Notes under the pieces: model-generated
Database searches by the model: none
The model's input: the letters and a program-made list of their open reading frames with translations, nothing else
Told to the model about the DNA's origin: nothing
Virus record (IMG/VR): IMGVR_UViG_3300046171_000173
Span: 1-64,000 of that record
Origin: a virus
Direction: 5' to 3' (one strand)
DNA length: 64,000 nucleotides
Position numbers and translations under genes: made by a program
Part shown: positions 1-9,661 of the stretch, in pieces
How positions within the stretch are numbered: the first letter of the stretch is position 1
Layout of the letters: each line of letters starts with the position of its first letter

Positions 1-2247
1 ATGAATACTTTTAGTCAAGTTATTCTTTTGATATAGATTAAAAGATGCACCCCGACATGTATGGGTGCCTTTATAGATCTGTGGTGATGATACTTCTAAC
101 ATCAGATGCAGTCGAGGAATGCTATCTCTTCTGGTGGTAAGTGTTTTAAATTCTGACGAGACTTATCAATAAAATCAATCACTTCATCTTCTGTTCCATT
201 CATCATAATCTTGAGTGCATCTTTAATCATTGTCGACAAGGTGCAGGTGTTGATGATTTAACTGCCTCAATACCCATCATCTTTAGTTTAGGTTCTTCAT
301 ATCTAACACCCTCACTATCCCATACATTTAAGAATATATCTTTTCTTTGCAGTCCATATACCACGATCAGCAATGTTCTCCCTCTTCATAACCATCTTTT
401 GATCATAAGCATTTACATACTTGGCCAACGTTCATAAGAACTTTCAATATAAGGTTCAAATTCATCTTCACACACCTTATTAAGGAACGAGACAATGCTT
501 CAGTAGTTTTCTCTCTCCCTTTGTATACAGTCTCAACCAAATCACCCAGATTAAGATAAATGGAATCAGTATCTGAAGCAATAACATAGTCAACCTCCTC
601 TGTTTTAAGAATCTTGTTTAGATAGTCATTCATTTTGTTTTCTATCCAACGGATAGAAACTTGACCAGATAGTGTAATAGCTTCTGCGTTGGCAAGTTTG
701 TAATAGCGAAAATATTGATTACCAATAGCACCATAAGCACTATTAAGGGATATCTTTTTTGCCATTTGAATATTATTACATCTGGCAATCTCTTTCTCAA
801 GAGCAACGGTTGGGGTTTTTTCATACTGCTTCTTTGCCTCAATCATTTTCTTTTTAAAGACTACACGATCTCCATACATCTTATCCATAAGTTCTGGTAA
901 AAACCCACGAACATCTTTACGATACTGTGCACCATTAGCACAAGTAGCATAGTCTTTACTAATATCTATCTCCTGATTAAGTATCTTATCAACAGTAGCA
1001 GAGGGTTGCCTTTGATCAATAAGAGTTTCTGGAGAAATATTATACTGCATAATCAAATGCGGATATAGAGAGTTAAGGTCAAAACTCACCACCCAATCAT
1101 ACTTTCCGGGAATTGGTTCTTTAACATATGCACCTGCATACTTTTCATTCTTTTGTGATCGATTCTTTGGAGGAATAACAATATTTCTTTTTTTAAAGAT
1201 AATTATAGATGATGGTATCCCACATACGAACCTGCGAGAATACATCAACATAGTTTGCTTTTGCATCATATGCCATTGTAATAGCAAGTTCAATCAACCT
1301 TCATCTTATCTTCCAAGCGGTCAACAAGTTCCACATCAATGATGTTGTATTCAACAAACTTCTGCCAACCTTGTGTATAAAAGTCCTTGAATGTATCAAA
1401 CTCCTGAGTGATCAAGTTTCTTCTGTCCCAATTCAACGCTTGCAATATAATCCAAACGATATGATTCTTGTGCTTTATAAGTAAACTTCTTATAAAGATT
1501 TAAATAATCAAGTTGAGTAATGCCACCAACATCATATGCAATGTTCTTACGACCTGCAATATAAATCTCATCTTCAGTAACAAGGCCCCAAGGAGAAAGT
1601 CTCTTCATTAACTTAGAACCAAGAACTCTTTCTAATCTACGCGATAGATAGGGGATATCATATAATTCAATGTTCCAACCTGTAATTACTTCTGGAGTAT
1701 TCTCTTCAATCATCCACCAGTTGATAAAAGCATTTAGAAGTTCATACTCTGAATTGAATGACTTGTAAATGACATTATCTTGTTTGTTATTAAATGGCCC
1801 CTGACCCCATGTGCGAATCTGTTTTGTTGTATAGTCCTGTATTGATATAAGTAGTATTTCTTCTGCCGAAGATTCTACATCAGGGAATCCATTCTCAGAC
1901 TTCACCTCAATATCAAGTGTAGTTAATTTAATCTTGCTTATATCAAACTTGACTTCTGGTTCCGGATACATCTCAGAGATGTATTGATAGATATATCTGT
2001 CATTTCCGTAGATATCAAAATTCTGTACACCATCATATCTTTTGAAGAACTCACGACAATCACGAACTGAACCGGGATTGATTGGTTCAACAGATTCACC
2101 AGTAAGAGTCTTATACTTAGTATTCTTTTTTGAAGAGACGAAAAGAGTTGGGGCAAAAGATTCTCGTACCATGAAATGTTTACCATTCTCATAACCACGA
2201 ACTAAAAAATTATTTCCAACTAATTGAACATTAGTATAGAATCTCAT
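1..2247 (-). CDS. g43: Family B DNA polymerase gp43 (C-terminus runs off the window; several apparent indels)
   Basis: ORFs 1396..2247 (exonuclease motifs LDIE, GWNIELYDIPY) and 403..1293 (SFDLNSLYPH, KISLNSAYG, SDTDS) plus KKRY/GIEA coding below 403. Frames join through single-base indels, e.g. an extra G near 1404 in DHS-EFDTFKDF. Confidence 0.96.
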
Positions 2248-2657
2248 TGTTTCCCCTCAAGATATACAATTATTTTTTTGATGCCCTCTATATCATCACC
2301 ATGCAAACCCATAGATGTATTACATTTTTTACATATCCAACCACGAAACTCTTCTTTGACTGAATCATGATCAAAACACACACCTGACATTTCTTTATCA
2401 TGAGTCATTGAAATGCCACAACATTCACAGGGAGTTCCTGCAGGAGGTTTTGTATATGTTCCTTTTTTCTTGATAGCAACTCTTTTAGTCCTATCAGAAT
2501 GTGTCCGACATGATATACAGATCTTACGACGAAATCTTTGTGAACCATAACAATTCCAACCAAAAGCATCAATAGGTTTTATCTCCCCACATTTATTACA
2601 CTTTCGAGTTGAATCCTCTTCTAATTCAATTCCAAGTGCTTCAGCAAGTGCATTCAT
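2244..2657 (-). CDS. Free-standing Endonuclease VII-family (HNH-like) nuclease, probable homing endonuclease
   Basis: N-terminal CxxC...CxxC, then CECC...CFDHD...FRGWICKKCNTSMG, the Endo VII catalytic signature. Confidence 0.8.
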   Translation of the reverse strand: MNALAEALGIELEEDSTRKCNKCGEIKPIDAFGWNCYGSQRFRRKICISCRTHSDRTKRVAIKKKGTYTKPPAGTPCECCGISMTHDKEMSGVCFDHDSVKEEFRGWICKKCNTSMGLHGDDIEGIKKIIVYLEGKQ

Positions 2658-2920
2658 CAGGCAATCAAATCAAGATACTCAGCCAGTATAGCAGATGTTG
2701 GAGTAACTAGTGTAAGAATACTGTCAGAATGTATCATCATTTCAGTCTGTGATGTATAATCCAACCAAGTTTCTAGTTTATATTCATCATTTTCTTTGAC
2801 CATTTTATATGGTTTGATCATTTTACAATCAGGGCCACCAAGTTCGGTATCCATTTCCATGATCTGTGATATCAATAAATCACCATTCTTAAGTAGTAAG
2901 CAATTAATAATCTGATCCAT
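2657..2920 (-). CDS. Conserved cyanophage hypothetical (Sm-like fold family)
   Basis: LLLKNGDLLIS...P...W pattern; stop/start coupled to its neighbours. Confidence 0.6.
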   Translation of the reverse strand: MDQIINCLLLKNGDLLISQIMEMDTELGGPDCKMIKPYKMVKENDEYKLETWLDYTSQTEMMIHSDSILTLVTPTSAILAEYLDLIA

Positions 2921-3212
2921 TTATCTTCTCCGTATACATTTTTTTGACGCTTTCAATTGGTTCGACTAAGGCAACTACCTGATTTACAGATACAGGTACA
3001 TCTTCCTCATCACTAATTATAATCCAACTTGTCAGTGTAATTTCAACTGATGTCTTTGGATCTTTTTCTTCAGTGAGATATACAGGTGAGTTTATAACAA
3101 CCTTATGAGGTTTATTAAACAGATATGCGATTGGTTTATCTTCAGATACGATTTCTTTCATATCTGCAATAATCTGATCACCTGATTGAAGAACTGCAAG
3201 TTTGATTGACAT
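2904..3212 (-). CDS. Conserved cyanophage hypothetical (Sm-like fold family)
   Basis: IKLAVLQSGDQIIAD...KP...SW...VEP pattern. Confidence 0.6.
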   Translation of the reverse strand: MSIKLAVLQSGDQIIADMKEIVSEDKPIAYLFNKPHKVVINSPVYLTEEKDPKTSVEITLTSWIIISDEEDVPVSVNQVVALVEPIESVKKMYTEKINGSDY

Positions 3213-3230
3213 CTTTAATAATAATTAAAA

Positions 3231-3300
3231 TGGTAGATTCCTATAGCCGCTATTCCTGAACCTACCAAAGGGGAACACCGCAGCCAGTATTTCTCTGACT
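3231..3300 (-). ncRNA. Structured leader RNA with pseudoknot, resembling the 3' part of the manA RNA motif
   Basis: Hairpin AGUCAG/CUGGCU; 10-bp stem UGGUAGGUUC/GAAUCUACCA whose loop (GGAAUA-GCGGC) can pair with upstream GCUGC..UGUUCC. GC-rich island in an AT-rich intergenic region. The manA similarity is from recall. Confidence 0.6.
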
Positions 3301-3305
3301 CTTTT

Positions 3306-3340
3306 ATTATACCATAAAAAAAGGGATCGTCAAGATCCCT
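3306..3340 (-). promoter_or_regulatory. Intrinsic terminator overlapping a sigma70-type promoter
   Basis: AGGGATC-TTGAC-GATCCCT-TTTTTT hairpin. Its loop supplies TTGACG (3333-3328), followed by a 16-nt spacer (includes a T homopolymer) and TGG-TATAAT (3311-3306). Confidence 0.7.
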
Positions 3341-3656
3341 AAAGTATTGCTTTCATAATAAACTCATTAGATAGTATAGGATCACCAAATAGATCTAATT
3401 GTATTTGATCTGCATCTACCTCAACATCATCCTTATTCTTACGACAATGCAACCAGTAATAAGTACCATTCTCCCTCTTATAGAAGAAACTGGTGTTGTG
3501 TGAGTCTAGACATGCTACATGAAGCACACATGGATATGTTACCTTACGATTTGGATCTGGTTTGGTTGACTTACCCATGCTTCCATACATGGGTTCTTTA
3601 CCACTACCGTGAGCAGAAGGTGTGTCTCTTATGACATGCCAATCATAACCTGTCAT
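3339..3656 (-). CDS. Hypothetical protein with a QLDLF motif
   Basis: 105-aa ORF directly downstream of hsp20 and closed by a terminator. Confidence 0.6.
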   Translation of the reverse strand: MTGYDWHVIRDTPSAHGSGKEPMYGSMGKSTKPDPNRKVTYPCVLHVACLDSHNTSFFYKRENGTYYWLHCRKNKDDVEVDADQIQLDLFGDPILSNEFIMKAIL

Positions 3657-3658
3657 AT

Positions 3659-4093
3659 TTAAAGGTAATCCTTTCTTGCATGATGATCTGGTACTATCTT
3701 ACCCAACTTAACGGTAAGAAGTCCATCTTTGAATTGAACCTCTCGGACTTCAACATCTTCTGAAAGTGCCCATTCTCTTGTGAAAGATCTCTGAGCCAGT
3801 CCTTGATGGACATACTCGGATCCTGTCTCCTTAGTTTCTTTCTGTCCCTCAACAATAAGTTTTCCATATTCAGTGTAGACCTTAAGTTCTTTTTTACCAA
3901 ATCCTGCAAGAGCAATCTCAAGTAATGACTCAACATTATTTACATGAATTAGATTGTAAGGTGGATAGTTTGTTGCGGTTTCGTAACTATTAAAAAAGCG
4001 GTCAAGGTAATCATCCATACCAATCCCGTTCTTTGAAATTATTTTCATCAACTCTGGTAAGTTTGCAGAGTGATATCTCTGTAGTGAAGTCAT
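3659..4093 (-). CDS. hsp20: Small heat-shock protein (Hsp20/IbpA family)
   Basis: NYPPYN, LEIALAGF, YVHQGLAQRSFTR, DGLL alpha-crystallin motifs; SD AAGGAG. Confidence 0.95.
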   Translation of the reverse strand: MTSLQRYHSANLPELMKIISKNGIGMDDYLDRFFNSYETATNYPPYNLIHVNNVESLLEIALAGFGKKELKVYTEYGKLIVEGQKETKETGSEYVHQGLAQRSFTREWALSEDVEVREVQFKDGLLTVKLGKIVPDHHARKDYL

Positions 4094-4149
4094 AGTTCTC
4101 CTTTTAAGCGAGTGTAAATTATGTCCCCGAAGGCGACATTACTATTTAA
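4094..4149 (-). promoter_or_regulatory. Late promoter (TTAAATA) and two-hairpin hsp20 5'UTR, ROSE-like
   Basis: TTAAATA at 4149-4143; C(UUCG)G hairpin 4139-4121; CUCGCU-UAAA-AGGAG hairpin 4112-4098 pairing the SD with a bulged G. Confidence 0.6.
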
Positions 4150-4164
4150 CCATATAAACATTAT

Positions 4165-4185
4165 AAAGGGGATGTTGAATCCCCT
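4165..4185 (-). terminator. Probable terminator after regA
   Basis: AGGGGAT-TCAAC-ATCCCCT stem followed by a short U-rich tail. Confidence 0.55.
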
Positions 4186-4191
4186 ACTTTT

Positions 4192-4632
4192 TTATTCAGT
4201 TTCTTCTACCTTTTTCTTCTTACTTCCTATATTATACTTTGTTTCCAATATCCATTCACCCTTATCCTTATAAGATAATACTTTGATTTGATTTAAAGGT
4301 GCTACATCTTGTATAGAATCGGCACTTACAATACCAACAAGTCCCCAATCTACCAATAATTGTGCTATGCGATTTCTTCTTTGTACATCATTTGAAGTAA
4401 GATTGGCATGCTTACCATCTAATGCAAATAATTCTTTGAAGTGTACTAAAAAATACCTTCCCTGTTTGTGTAAAATATGACAAGACTGATATATTTTCTT
4501 TTCTTTTCTTGATGCAACACCAATACGAGTCAGTGTTTCTCTCACCTTGAGAAAATCATCTGGTTCATTTAATGTCACTTCAACCATTTGGTTTGGATCC
4601 CAATTCACCTGTGGTTCCTTAAGAACACTCAT
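4192..4632 (-). CDS. regA: Translational repressor RegA
   Basis: PDDFLKVRETLTRIG...LYQSCHILHK-type motif, HFKELF; canonical position after g62. Confidence 0.96.
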   Translation of the reverse strand: MSVLKEPQVNWDPNQMVEVTLNEPDDFLKVRETLTRIGVASRKEKKIYQSCHILHKQGRYFLVHFKELFALDGKHANLTSNDVQRRNRIAQLLVDWGLVGIVSADSIQDVAPLNQIKVLSYKDKGEWILETKYNIGSKKKKVEETE

Positions 4633-5009
4633 TGTCTTCCTCCAATATCAAGTTTAGATTTAATAAAATTCAGTTGTTCTTGTGTAAGAATCTTTAGAAT
4701 CTGTTCCGCTTTTGCATTACTACATTCATAGTATGTCTTGACACTATCAAGTTCTTTGATTTTGTCTTTACGAAGCCAAGGAGAAAACCTTCGTTTTTTC
4801 CTCACTATATGTATAAAAAAGTCATGTTGCATCTTCTTTGGTAGAAATGGATACTTATTCATTTCATTTGCAAACATAACTGTGTCAAGATGTCCTGATA
4901 AACACTTGTTAATTATGAAGGAAGGATATTCTTTTTCTATTGATGGATCTTCATCAATTTGATTATTTTTGTTTAGGTTGATCGAGTTCAACCAGTCTTT
5001 CAGTTCCAT
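4629..5009 (-). CDS. g62: Clamp loader small subunit gp62
   Basis: [11 protein letters not shown]...YPSFIINKCLS...ANEMN...RFSPW. Start moved to ATG 5009 because the longer ORF overlaps gcvP. Confidence 0.92.
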   Translation of the reverse strand: MELKDWLNSINLNKNNQIDEDPSIEKEYPSFIINKCLSGHLDTVMFANEMNKYPFLPKKMQHDFFIHIVRKKRRFSPWLRKDKIKELDSVKTYYECSNAKAEQILKILTQEQLNFIKSKLDIGGRQ

Positions 5010-7750
5010 CAGTTTCATTATCAAAGTAGGAAGAACATGAGCAGACAAGATTACGATCACCGTAAACATTATCTATTCTTGCTACTGCAGGCCAAAACTT
5101 ACTAGTTTGTTCTACAGGATATGCTGCTTGTTCTCTGGTATAATTATACACCCATTCTGTTGAACTTACAACCCTTGCAGTATGTGGTGAATTCTTCACT
5201 ATCTCAGGTATTGCAAATATTTCTCTCTTAATCATCTCCATTGCTTTTGCAAATCTTTTCAATTCATCTAAAGATTCTGATTCAGTTGGTTCAACCATCA
5301 TCGTATTTGCAACTGGCCATGATAATGTAGGTGCATGAAACCATAGTCCATTAATCTCTTTGCAATATCCTCTGCAGTAACAGGGAAATTACGACAATCA
5401 AATATACATTCATGTGCGATTCGATCATTATCTCCTCGATATAATACTTTAAAATATGGATCAATTTGATGTGCCAACCAGTTAGCAGATAGTAAAGATA
5501 CTTCACTTGCCTTTCTGAGTCCTTCTCCACCCATCATTCTTATATACATCCAACTGATAGGTAAAATTGATGCACTACCATATTCTGCTGATGATACTCG
5601 ATGAGTCACAAAAGGTGTTAGATGTTCTGCAACACCAATCGGGCCAACTCCGGGGCCTCCACCACCGTGAGGAATACAGAATGTCTTATGTAAGTTAAGG
5701 TGACATACATCTGCACCATAGTCACATGGTTTTGCAAGACCAACCTGTGCATTTAGATTTGCACCATCAAGATATACCTGACCACCATTCTCATGAACGA
5801 TTCTACAAATATCTTTGATAGTTGGTTCAAATACACCATGAGTCGATGGGTATGTAATCATAATACATGAAAGTTCAAATGTATTCATGATTGCTTTCTT
5901 CTCTAAATCTTTTAAATCAATATTTCCACTATCATCACACTTGACTGGAACTATCTTCATGCCCGCCATGACAGCACTTGCAGGATTAGTTCCATGTGCA
6001 CTCTCCGGTATAAGACAAACATTTCTCTTATCATCATCGTTACTTCTATGGTAATCTTGTATTGCTAATAGACCTGCATACTCTCCTTGTGATCCTGCAT
6101 TTGGTTGTAGTGATATAGAATCAAATCCTGTGATCTCACATAACCATCCTTTTAATTCCTTGATAATAATATCATAACCAATTGTTTGAGATGCTGGTGC
6201 AAATGGATGAATGTTTGCAAACTCTGGCCATGAAACTGGCATCAGTTCTGATGCTGCATTTAATTTCATAGTACAACTACCAAGTGGCATCATACCATTT
6301 ACTAATGAGAAATCTTTTGAAACTAACTCATTAATATATCTCATCATATTTGTTTCACTATGATAATTGTTAAATACTTCTTGAGTCAACCAAGGTTTAG
6401 TTCTCTCTGGCACACCTAACCAATGATAATCTCCGATTGAATCGATCACATGATCAATAGTGTCAAATTTATTTGTAATATCTAATTGAGAATCTACAAG
6501 TTGCTTTTAGTTCTTCTAAGTGTCGTACATTCATCTAGTGTAATTAAAGTGTGACCGTCTTCATAACTAACATTGAATCCTTCTAAAGCAAGGAAACTTT
6601 TAAATCGAACAGTATCAAATCCTTCAGACTCATCAACTTCTATCCCACACCATGCTAATGCCTTTTGTAGGGTTTGCCTATATCTTAATACTCTGGTTGC
6701 TATTCTTTTCAGACCTTCCGCACCGTGGTAAGCAGCGTAAAAACCTGCCATATTTGCGAGGAGTGCTTGAGCAGTGCATATATTGGATGTTGCTTTGTCT
6801 CGTCTTATGTGTTGTTCCCTTGTCTGTAATGCTAGTCGTAGTGCTTTATTACCTTGGGAGTCTAGAGACTGCCCTACAATTCGTCCGGGAATCTTTCTCT
6901 TATACTTTTCACTTATTGCAAAGAATGCTGCATGAGGCCCACCAAATCCCATAGGTATACCAAACCTTTGCATACTACCAACTGCAATATCAAAACCCAT
7001 CTCCCCTACAGGTTTCATTAACACCTGTGCCATTGGGTCTACAACCGCAATCTTCATACACTTATATACATCTGCAATACGAATAAGTGCATTCGGATCA
7101 CGAAGTCTACCTTTATTATTTGGTAACTGAACTAATAATCCAAAAGCATCATCAAAATCTTCTAGTGCTGCTACAGTATGCCAATCAAGTAATTTTATTT
7201 CTATCCCTAAAGGTTTTGCTCTTGTTTCTAATACTTGTAATGTTTGAGGAAATACTTCACTATCAACCAAAAATACATTTTTCTTAGATGCACTATGAGC
7301 AAGTAACATTGCTTCTGCTGCTGCAGTTCCTTCATCTAACAAAGATGCATTTGCTATTGGCAACCCAGTAAGTTCTGTAATCAGTGTTTGATAATTAAAT
7401 AATGCTTCTAATCTACCCTGAGATATCTCTGCCTGATATGGTGTATAAGATGTATACCATGCAGGATTCTCAAAAACATTTCTTTGTATTACTGGTGGTG
7501 TAATTGTACCATAGTATCCTTGACCAATTAAGACTCTTTTAACTCTATTCTGACTTGCTATTTCTTTTAATTCAGTAAGTGCCTCTTGCTCACTACACCC
7601 ATCAGGTAGTTTATAATCCCCTCTTAATAATATAGAATCTGGAACTATTTGTCTGACAAGTTCATCCAAACTAGAAAGACCCAAATCCTCTAGCATTTGA
7701 GTCTGTTCTGCCTCTGATGGGCCGATGTGTCTAGAAATAAATTCTGTCAT
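4963..7750 (-). CDS. gcvP: Glycine dehydrogenase (glycine cleavage P protein), single-chain, with apparent indels
   Basis: [38 protein letters not shown]-lysine motif [32 protein letters not shown] across three ORFs joined by indels near 6510 and 5335. Confidence 0.95.
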
Positions 7751-8007
7751 TAAATACCTTGATCTTTTTGACTTTTAAAGAAATCTGATAATGTTGATTG
7801 TAATTGACCCTCATTTTCTTTTGGATCTAATTTATTATAACCTTTAATTTTTTTCCAATCATTATACATTGCCTGTAAGAACCAACTTGAAGCAAGACTA
7901 TCTGCTCCTGATTCTAATAATTGAACTTGTCTTGAAGATAGTTGACGAGATTTGATGTCAATATATTCTGATCTCCAGTTAGAGTCATCGTAAAGTGGTG
8001 TTGCCAT
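7750..8007 (-). CDS. Hypothetical protein with a C-terminal PIP-box-like motif (QSTLSDFF)
   Basis: 85-aa ORF, TAATG-coupled to gcvP. Confidence 0.65.
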   Translation of the reverse strand: MATPLYDDSNWRSEYIDIKSRQLSSRQVQLLESGADSLASSWFLQAMYNDWKKIKGYNKLDPKENEGQLQSTLSDFFKSQKDQGI

Positions 8008-8495
8008 TATCCGTATGTAAAAGTTTTTCCTTTGATTTGTGATTGACCTTCTGGGTTTTTACCCTGTGGTTTGAATTTACCTAATTTAACATTTTTTGCT
8101 TTGCCCAATCCACCTTTGCGTGTTGCTGATAGTGTACCAGTTTTTTTCGTTTGTGTCAACACAGAGTCCTGTCCATACTTTTTACCAAGTGCCTTTACAG
8201 TTTTCTTAAACTTTCTCTTACCCATCTTACCTGATGAGACAACATGACTTCTCTCTTTAACTTTTTTCTCTTCACCAGTCTTCTTATCTTTCTCCATATA
8301 TGAACCAGTTACTTTCGTAGCACCACCTAGACCTTTACCACGAATATCTTTATCTAATTGCTTTGCTCTTGCACTATTTTCCTTTGCAGACTTACCTGCT
8401 CTGGATGCAGACAATGCGGCCATTCCACCTTTATCAGACTTGCTTTTTATTCGAGCAAGACTACTCTCGTGTATAAACTCCTTAAATGTCTTCAT
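8007..8495 (-). CDS. Lys-rich protein with capsid-targeting-like leader (MKTFKEFIHE), candidate internal head protein
   Basis: ATG at 8495; leader resembles the T4 internal protein CTS MKTYQEFIAE; own late promoter upstream. Confidence 0.6.
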   Translation of the reverse strand: MKTFKEFIHESSLARIKSKSDKGGMAALSASRAGKSAKENSARAKQLDKDIRGKGLGGATKVTGSYMEKDKKTGEEKKVKERSHVVSSGKMGKRKFKKTVKALGKKYGQDSVLTQTKKTGTLSATRKGGLGKAKNVKLGKFKPQGKNPEGQSQIKGKTFTYG

Positions 8496-8515
8496 CCCTT
8501 GCAACAGTTTTTAAG

Positions 8516-8522
8516 TATTTAT
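8516..8522 (-). promoter_or_regulatory. T4-type late promoter ATAAATA
   Basis: Matches the gp55 TATAAATA core, ~20 nt upstream of ATG 8495. Confidence 0.6.
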
Positions 8523-9661
8523 TATCTAATGATTTGTATGTCATCATCCTGTGTCCATAGTTCTACCTTATCTCTAAATCTACCTTCTGCCTTTAACTTA
8601 TCATATCTTTTAGTTGCTTTCTTCTTCCACCATGTAAGTATGTTCTCAAGATGAAACTTATCCCAGTTTTGACCATGAACTAATTTATCTTGTTCACCAT
8701 TAATAACTTCACGAACATTTGCATAACCATAATCAGATATGTAGAATCTCTTCTTTTGAGTTAGATTGAGAGCCATATCAATAATGCCTGTAAACTGTTC
8801 CAATTCATTTTTCATATCATACTCTTTCATAGAGTTTTTAATTATAGATATCATCTTTGATTGTCTCTTCATCTTCTTAGAAGATGCTTTATTATCAGTC
8901 AATGGAGTATTATCATTCCATTCTTTAAAACGATTATGTAATTTATGAAATGCATCATCATGAAGCAATGGAGTAAATTTACTTTCAGTTAATCCTTTGT
9001 ATCTCATGAATGGTTTTAAACCATCATACTGAGATGCCGATGTTGTAGATCCATACAAAGATGTTGTTTCAAATAATGCAATCTCTTTATCAAATACTTT
9101 AGATATAGTTTCTCTAGCAAAATGTGAACAACATAATAATGCTAACAATTTACCACCAAGATAATTATATCCAAATGGTTGCGAGGGAACAATCACAAAA
9201 CCCATCGCAGTATGTCTATTCATTAAACTTAGATTAGCTGGTTTACCTAACCAAAGATTTCTAGGTTTGGAATTGATTGTAGGAGAACCAAATCGGATAA
9301 ATCCAATAAGTTTCTTTGTATTCTTTTCATATACCATCCAACGCAACTCTCTACCGGGAATATTTGCTTCATTATTATGAGATGATACAGCACCCAACAT
9401 TGTCTTATAATAATCTTGAGGTAAACCATTTTGAAATCTATCACCGACAAAACGAATATCAAACTCCATATCGTTTGGATGAATATCTTCATTTAAAAAT
9501 TCATCTTCAAAAGATGTAAGTGCACTAAAACTTTTAATAGTTTCTTTTTTAACATATCTAAGGTAATCTTCTATATTTCCCATACGAGAAAAATACTGTA
9601 TAAACTCATCAGCAGCCCATAGAGTATTATCTTTAGAAATAAGATTAATCGTCATGGTCAT
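8522..9661 (-). CDS. DUF4338 / DruA-like protein (putative GNAT/Mom-related fold)
   Basis: IPGRELRW, IGFIRFGSP, VPSQPFGYNYLGGKLLALL, ETTSLYG...SQY motifs. Confidence 0.6.
   Translation of the reverse strand: MTMTINLISKDNTLWAADEFIQYFSRMGNIEDYLRYVKKETIKSFSALTSFEDEFLNEDIHPNDMEFDIRFVGDRFQNGLPQDYYKTMLGAVSSHNNEANIPGRELRWMVYEKNTKKLIGFIRFGSPTINSKPRNLWLGKPANLSLMNRHTAMGFVIVPSQPFGYNYLGGKLLALLCCSHFARETISKVFDKEIALFETTSLYGSTTSASQYDGLKPFMRYKGLTESKFTPLLHDDAFHKLHNRFKEWNDNTPLTDNKASSKKMKRQSKMISIIKNSMKEYDMKNELEQFTGIIDMALNLTQKKRFYISDYGYANVREVINGEQDKLVHGQNWDKFHLENILTWWKKKATKRYDKLKAEGRFRDKVELWTQDDDIQIIR

Noticed and set aside
6449-6530. Two-subunit gcvPA/gcvPB architecture
   Set aside because: The downstream frame is open and continuous back to ~6500 ([24 protein letters not shown]). 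The upstream ORF ends out of frame just after LDECTT, indicating indels rather than a gene boundary.
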